This document shows positions 58,966-64,000 of a stretch of DNA of 64,000 nt, in pieces. Location of the stretch: contig CAZGQS010000002.1 in the NCBI GenBank assembly GCA_964527775.1, positions 16,883-80,882 on the forward strand, in the 5' to 3' direction. Made by a program: the position numbers and the translations under genes. Every line of letters begins with the position of its first letter. Position 1 is the stretch's first letter. The notes beneath the pieces were generated by a model, which saw only the letters and a list, made by a program, of their open reading frames with translations, ran no database searches and had not been told where the DNA came from. The stretch comes from an uncultured Rhizobium sp. Its GTDB lineage: Bacteria; Bacteroidota; Bacteroidia; NS11-12g; UBA955.

Positions 58966-59065
58966 ATTCTATCTTATAAGAGGTGGCAAAAATAGTAATT
59001 TTTTGGGCTTAACAACCCGCATACCAATAGGGAATTCGTAAATTTGTTTGAAATTGCACCTTAAA

Positions 59066-59863
59066 ATGTATAATCAGTATGAAACTTTCCTAAAACATGT
59101 GCTCGAAAATGGAGCAAAAAAAACCGATCGCACCGGTACTGGTACCGTCAGTGTGTTTGGTGGCCAAATCAGGTTTGATTTATCGGAAGGATTTCCTTTG
59201 ATTACCACAAAAAAGGTTCATTTAAAGAGCATCATTCACGAGTTACTATGGTTCATTAAAGGTGAAACCAATATTGCTTATTTGAAAGAAAACGGTGTGA
59301 GTATTTGGGATGAATGGGCAGATGAAAATGGCGAATTGGGCCCAGTTTATGGCAAACAATGGCGTTCTTGGGAAGCCAAAGACGGCCGAACCATTGATCA
59401 AATCTCAGAGGCCATCAACATGATTAAAAACAATCCTGATTCACGCCGTATTTTGGTCAATGCATGGAATGTGGGAGAAATTGATCAAATGGCCTTGATG
59501 CCTTGTCATACCATGTTTCAATTTTATGTGGCCAACGGAAAATTAAGCTGCCAACTCTACCAAAGGAGCGCTGATTTATTCCTGGGTGTACCATTCAATA
59601 TCGCAAGTTACGCGTTATTAACCTTGATGATGGCTCAGGTTTGCCATCTTCAGCCCGGTGATTTTGTACATACATTTGGTGATGCACATATATACTCCAA
59701 CCACATTGAACAGGTAAATTTACAGCTATCAAGAGAACCTCGTCCTTATCCAACCATGAAAATCAATCCTACAGTAGATAATCTTTTTAATTTTGTGTAT
59801 TCCGATTTTCAAGTGGAAGGCTACGATCCTCATCCTGCAATTAAAGGTGCAGTTGCGGTGTAA
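59066..59863 (+). CDS. thyA: Thymidylate synthase
   Basis: [32 protein letters not shown]. Confidence 0.98.
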   Translation: MYNQYETFLKHVLENGAKKTDRTGTGTVSVFGGQIRFDLSEGFPLITTKKVHLKSIIHELLWFIKGETNIAYLKENGVSIWDEWADENGELGPVYGKQWRSWEAKDGRTIDQISEAINMIKNNPDSRRILVNAWNVGEIDQMALMPCHTMFQFYVANGKLSCQLYQRSADLFLGVPFNIASYALLTLMMAQVCHLQPGDFVHTFGDAHIYSNHIEQVNLQLSREPRPYPTMKINPTVDNLFNFVYSDFQVEGYDPHPAIKGAVAV

Positions 59864-59921
59864 CTTTTTTTGGGGGATACTCGTAGTTTAAGTGTTACAT
59901 TCAACGTTGTCATTCATTTTT

Positions 59922-62345
59922 ATGAAATTAAAAAATACTTTCCAGCGCTTGCTGTTGTTTTTCTTGGGATGTTTAATCGCTGCTTCCGCTCAAGCACAAT
60001 CAAAATTTACAGTATCTGGATTCGTGCGCGATGCTTCATCGGGTGAACGATTTGGAGGCATTAGTATCTCGGCGGTAGAAACTATCGAAGCCTTTCCTAA
60101 ATCCCTGCAAACCTTTACCAATACCTACGGATTTTACTCGTTGACGGTTGAATCCGGAAAACAACAAATGGTATTGGTTAATATGACCGGATATGAGTCA
60201 AAGGCTTTTATTTGGTCTGGAACCAAAGATACTACCGTGAATTTAGAGATTTTACCGTTGGAAGATGTAGACAAAATTGAAGCGGTAAACATTGTCAGTA
60301 AGAAAAACACGGTGGCTGACAAGGTAGAAATGAGTAAGGTTGATATTCCTGTTAATCAGATTAAAGATATTCCGGCCTTGTTGGGAGAAAAAGACGTATT
60401 GAAAGTCATTCAACTGATGCCAGGTGTTCAAAAAGGGGGCGAGGGACAAAGCGGTATTTATGTCCGCGGAGGCGGCCCAGACCAAAACTTATTAATCTTA
60501 GATGAAGCTATAGTTTACAATGCCACTCACCTGTTTGGCTTCTTTTCTGTGTTCAACGGAGATGCTCTAAAATCGGTAGAATTAGTCAAAGGCGGTTTCC
60601 CTTCGAGATATGGCGGCAGACTTTCTAGTGTGATTGACCTAACCATGAAAGAAGGTAACAACCAAAAATATTCTGGAGAGGTGGGTATTGGTATGATAGG
60701 TTCTAGATTCACTTTCGAAGGGCCCATCAAAAAGGGTAAAAGTTCATTCATGATTTCTGGCAGAAGGACCTACTTAGATGTATTGATGCAACCCTTCATT
60801 ATGCTTGCCAGCAACGGCGGAAACCTCGGTTATTATTTTTATGATTTCAACGCTAAAGCCAATTATGAAATCTCAGACAAAGACAAATTGTATGTCAGTG
60901 GTTATTTTGGACAAGATAAATTCTACGCTACCATCAAAGACGGTGATTATAAGTTGATTTCTGATTTTGGATGGGGAAATAGAACTTTAACTACCCGTTG
61001 GAATCACGTTTTTAGTCCAAGGTTGTTTTCAAACGCATCCTTGATCTATAGTCATTACAAGTTGGGCATCAGCGTGGAAGACAGAAGTCCGTTTGATACC
61101 TTTAGTTTGAAATATCAAAGTTTAATCAATGATATAGGAATTAAATACGACTTTGATTGGCGCCCTGCACCAGATCATCAGGTAAGATTTGGTATCAGCA
61201 GCATCAGACATCAATTTTCACCGGGTGCAGTTGTGGTGAAAGGTGGATTTGATTTTAACATCAATAGAGCCATTAAAAATATCATTACGGTTGAGTCGGG
61301 CATTTACATCGAGGACCAATGGAAATTGGGTAAACTTCAATTGTATCCTGGGTTTAGATTGAGTCACTACCAAGTAGATCAAAAGCAATATGTTTTCCCA
61401 GAGCCTCGTTTATCAGTGGCCTATAATTTGAATCCGTCTTTGAGCTTGAAGGGGTCATATGCAAGAATGAATCAATACATTCATTTACTGAGCAACTCGG
61501 GCATTTCACTGCCCACTGATTTGTGGGTACCAGCAACAGCAAATATTGCCCCAATGAGCAGCGAACAAACTGCGGTTGGGGTTGCAAAAGATCTAAAAGG
61601 CGGGTACAGCATTACTTTGGAAGGCTATTACAAGCACATGAACAATGTGATTCAATACAAGGAAGGGGCTTCTTTCTTGTTGGGATCAGATGATTTGTTT
61701 GATATGCAAGCTCCAACTGATTCTAGGAATTGGGAAAATGCCATCACCTCAGGGCAGGGATGGAGTTACGGTACTGAGTTGTTTTTGCAAAAGAAGATTG
61801 GAAAACTTTCGGGTTGGGTTGGGTACACATTAAGTTGGACGCAACTTAAGTTTCCTGAATTGAACCAAGGGAAAGTATTTTGGGCGAAATACGATCGCCG
61901 ACACGATATTTCTATTGTGGGAATCTACAAGGCTTCTAAGAGATTAACCTTTTCAGCAACGTGGGTTTATGGTACAGGAAATGCCATTACTGCCCCACAA
62001 GGTATGATTCCGGGTAACGGACACAGCATGAGTAAGTTTCCCATTATTTGGAGTCCACAGTTCCAAAATCAAGGCAATTGGCTGACCGATTATGGATCTC
62101 GAAATTCCTTCAGAATGGAGGCATACCACCGCTTAGATGTGGGTATGCAATTTCACCGCGAGAAACGACGAGGTCGCGAAACTTGGGAGCTAAGTTTCTA
62201 TAACGCATACAACCGTTTTAACCCATTCTTTTATTATGGTAGCACCAGCTATAATTGGCAAACAGGAGAAGAATACTGGGGTTTGAAAAAAGTAACATTA
62301 TTTCCAATTATTCCGTCACTTTCATGGTCCTTTAAATTTAGATAA
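59922..62345 (+). CDS. TonB-dependent receptor with N-terminal carboxypeptidase-regulatory-like domain
   Basis: TNTYGFYSL, GEKDVLK, VRGGGPDQNL and GGFPSRYGGRLSSV. Confidence 0.9.
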   Translation: MKLKNTFQRLLLFFLGCLIAASAQAQSKFTVSGFVRDASSGERFGGISISAVETIEAFPKSLQTFTNTYGFYSLTVESGKQQMVLVNMTGYESKAFIWSGTKDTTVNLEILPLEDVDKIEAVNIVSKKNTVADKVEMSKVDIPVNQIKDIPALLGEKDVLKVIQLMPGVQKGGEGQSGIYVRGGGPDQNLLILDEAIVYNATHLFGFFSVFNGDALKSVELVKGGFPSRYGGRLSSVIDLTMKEGNNQKYSGEVGIGMIGSRFTFEGPIKKGKSSFMISGRRTYLDVLMQPFIMLASNGGNLGYYFYDFNAKANYEISDKDKLYVSGYFGQDKFYATIKDGDYKLISDFGWGNRTLTTRWNHVFSPRLFSNASLIYSHYKLGISVEDRSPFDTFSLKYQSLINDIGIKYDFDWRPAPDHQVRFGISSIRHQFSPGAVVVKGGFDFNINRAIKNIITVESGIYIEDQWKLGKLQLYPGFRLSHYQVDQKQYVFPEPRLSVAYNLNPSLSLKGSYARMNQYIHLLSNSGISLPTDLWVPATANIAPMSSEQTAVGVAKDLKGGYSITLEGYYKHMNNVIQYKEGASFLLGSDDLFDMQAPTDSRNWENAITSGQGWSYGTELFLQKKIGKLSGWVGYTLSWTQLKFPELNQGKVFWAKYDRRHDISIVGIYKASKRLTFSATWVYGTGNAITAPQGMIPGNGHSMSKFPIIWSPQFQNQGNWLTDYGSRNSFRMEAYHRLDVGMQFHREKRRGRETWELSFYNAYNRFNPFFYYGSTSYNWQTGEEYWGLKKVTLFPIIPSLSWSFKFR

Positions 62346-62353
62346 TCATCATT

Positions 62354-63238
62354 ATGAAGACTTTAAGAACTATCGCATTTTTATGGGTTTTTGTCGGATT
62401 GTTAACATCTTGCGAAAGAGATGCCGAGGTTGATCCACCTAAATTTGAGCGTAAACCTGTCATTATGTGTTTAATGACACCCCAAATGCCTTATGCCGAA
62501 GTACAAGTTACATATACCAAACCATATTATGGAAAACGCAAATGGGACGATACCGCGGAAACCGTCAACGGTTGTACTGTTGTGATGACTGATTTGTCAG
62601 GCAAACTCTCTGATACGTTTTATTCAACGGGTTCTGGATTATACAGACTTGACTTCAATAGAATTGTACTTGTTCCAAAATTAACTTATGAGTTGTCTGT
62701 AATTATGCCAGACGGAAAGGTTTTCAAGGCACAATCAACGGTGCCTCCTCGAGCTGATTTTACCAAGGCAAGAATATCGTATTTCGAAATGCGCGAACCA
62801 GAGGACCAAGGGGGTATGGGTTGGGAATACACTACCATTCCTTACACGATGGAGTTTGAGTATAAGGGTTTGGATGAGCGCTTTTATGTTTCTCCTCAAT
62901 TAGACGGTAACTTTTTGGATTCTGCAAAAAACAATCTCCTTTTAGAAATGTACTTCCCCGAAATCATGAAACAAGGTAATAACACTGATTTTATGTCTAA
63001 AATATTGACTCGAAGCAGTTTTTACGCCGGTTGGGGAAATGAGCCACCATTTACCTTGCAGCAATTTGAGGGGGCTATTTACACGATGGACAAAGCTTAT
63101 CGCAATTACTATTTGAGCCAATTTCAATACGATGCAACGCCGTTCAATGAGCCTACTTTGTTTATGTCAAATTTCTCCGAGGGTTCTTTGGGCGTTTTTG
63201 GATGTTACGATTTTGTTCAAGGAACATTGAAATATTGA
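62354..63238 (+). CDS. DUF4249-like lipoprotein partner of the TonB receptor
   Basis: TSCE lipobox; C-terminal EPT...SN...LGVFG; follows the receptor. Confidence 0.8.
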   Translation: MKTLRTIAFLWVFVGLLTSCERDAEVDPPKFERKPVIMCLMTPQMPYAEVQVTYTKPYYGKRKWDDTAETVNGCTVVMTDLSGKLSDTFYSTGSGLYRLDFNRIVLVPKLTYELSVIMPDGKVFKAQSTVPPRADFTKARISYFEMREPEDQGGMGWEYTTIPYTMEFEYKGLDERFYVSPQLDGNFLDSAKNNLLLEMYFPEIMKQGNNTDFMSKILTRSSFYAGWGNEPPFTLQQFEGAIYTMDKAYRNYYLSQFQYDATPFNEPTLFMSNFSEGSLGVFGCYDFVQGTLKY

Positions 63239-63271
63239 TTAGTGGCCTACCTTATTGATTGAGGTGAGAAT

Positions 63272-64000
63272 TTAGATGAGTCTCTGGTAAGCTCTCCACC
63301 AACGATCAGGCATTTCACCGTCACAAACCAATTGATAATCTTTGTATGAACAACCAATAAAAAAGGTTTGGTTGTCATAAGGGTGGGGTATTTCCATCCA
63401 CCATCGATTGCTTTTGCGGCTTTTATAGAAGTTGATTTCGTGCCCAGTACTTTCTAGTTTATTCCTATAAATGAGATAATCAGCATCTTCTTTATCGGGG
63501 TGGTCATTGTACCTAGTGATGTATCCGTCTAGGAAATACCAAATCAATTGAGCAGCAAGATTGTCAGTGATTGGACACGGTGATTGGCTAAAACCGTAAA
63601 ATTGTGCCGAAGATAATTTGTTAGATAGTCCAGCATAACGAGCAATTTGGCAGGCCTCTTCGGCGTAAAACCCGTTGGGATTAGGGAGTTCAACGCCGGG
63701 TGCATCAGAATATCTGATAGCGTTTAGGTCAAAAGACATTAAATGTGAACTTCTGAGCACGGGTTCAGTTTCTTCCATTTGGTTTCTGAGCATACCCAAA
63801 CGGTAATTTTCGAAGTATAATTTTTCTAGTGTATTTGATGTTTCTTGGGTGATTAAGTAAGATTGGGTACCCAAAAAGTCAATATTGAATAGGTGTTTAT
63901 TTTGATTGGTTGAAACAATGCGGTTCAAGTCAGAATCTTTGTCAAAATTTAATGTGGAACTGACATGTACCAATTCAATGGCATCATCGGAGTTTCTATA
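63272..64000 (-). CDS. Arginase/formimidoylglutamase-like protein, 5' end truncated by window
   Basis: LGTQSY, SFDLNAI, PNGFYAEEACQIARYAG, AQLIWYFLDG and RWWMEIP; frame open to the window end. Confidence 0.8.
   Translation of the reverse strand, partial: YRNSDDAIELVHVSSTLNFDKDSDLNRIVSTNQNKHLFNIDFLGTQSYLITQETSNTLEKLYFENYRLGMLRNQMEETEPVLRSSHLMSFDLNAIRYSDAPGVELPNPNGFYAEEACQIARYAGLSNKLSSAQFYGFSQSPCPITDNLAAQLIWYFLDGYITRYNDHPDKEDADYLIYRNKLESTGHEINFYKSRKSNRWWMEIPHPYDNQTFFIGCSYKDYQLVCDGEMPDRWWRAYQRLI

Noticed and set aside
58418-59041. 207-aa plus-strand ORF
   Set aside because: Antisense shadow of pdhC.

Overview
AT-rich Bacteroidota chromosome segment. Support for that assignment: TAnnTTTG promoter elements, five proteins with T9SS C-terminal sorting domains, a SusC/SusD pair and a tmRNA with tag GENNYAMAA. 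Contents in order: a T9SS beta-propeller gene (truncated at the window start), tRNA-Arg(CCG), a T9SS GH16, a tiny PID-CTERM-like peptide, and a surface-polysaccharide locus with a more AT-rich three-gene insert. Then come accessory genes, an RHH/PIN toxin-antitoxin pair plus a class III Fic gene beside the 3' end of ssrA, a large T9SS surface protein, a compact laminarin-type PUL followed by a GH13, and an MBOAT/SGNH pair. The last third holds a TPP-riboswitch-controlled TonB receptor, four DUF1573 genes around a SIMPL gene, rimP-nusA-infB, murQ, asd, a PDH E2 subunit, thyA and a TonB receptor/DUF4249 pair. The main unexplained signal is three intergenic arrays of degenerate, 7-nt-phased repeats (1477-1609, 19232-19336, 54541-54644) that share one CYGANNR heptamer vocabulary. 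Other candidates are structured RNA elements around nusA/infB and the TPP riboswitch, many apparently leaderless genes, and the DUF1573/SIMPL cluster. Family calls come from motif recognition by eye; no database searches were run.
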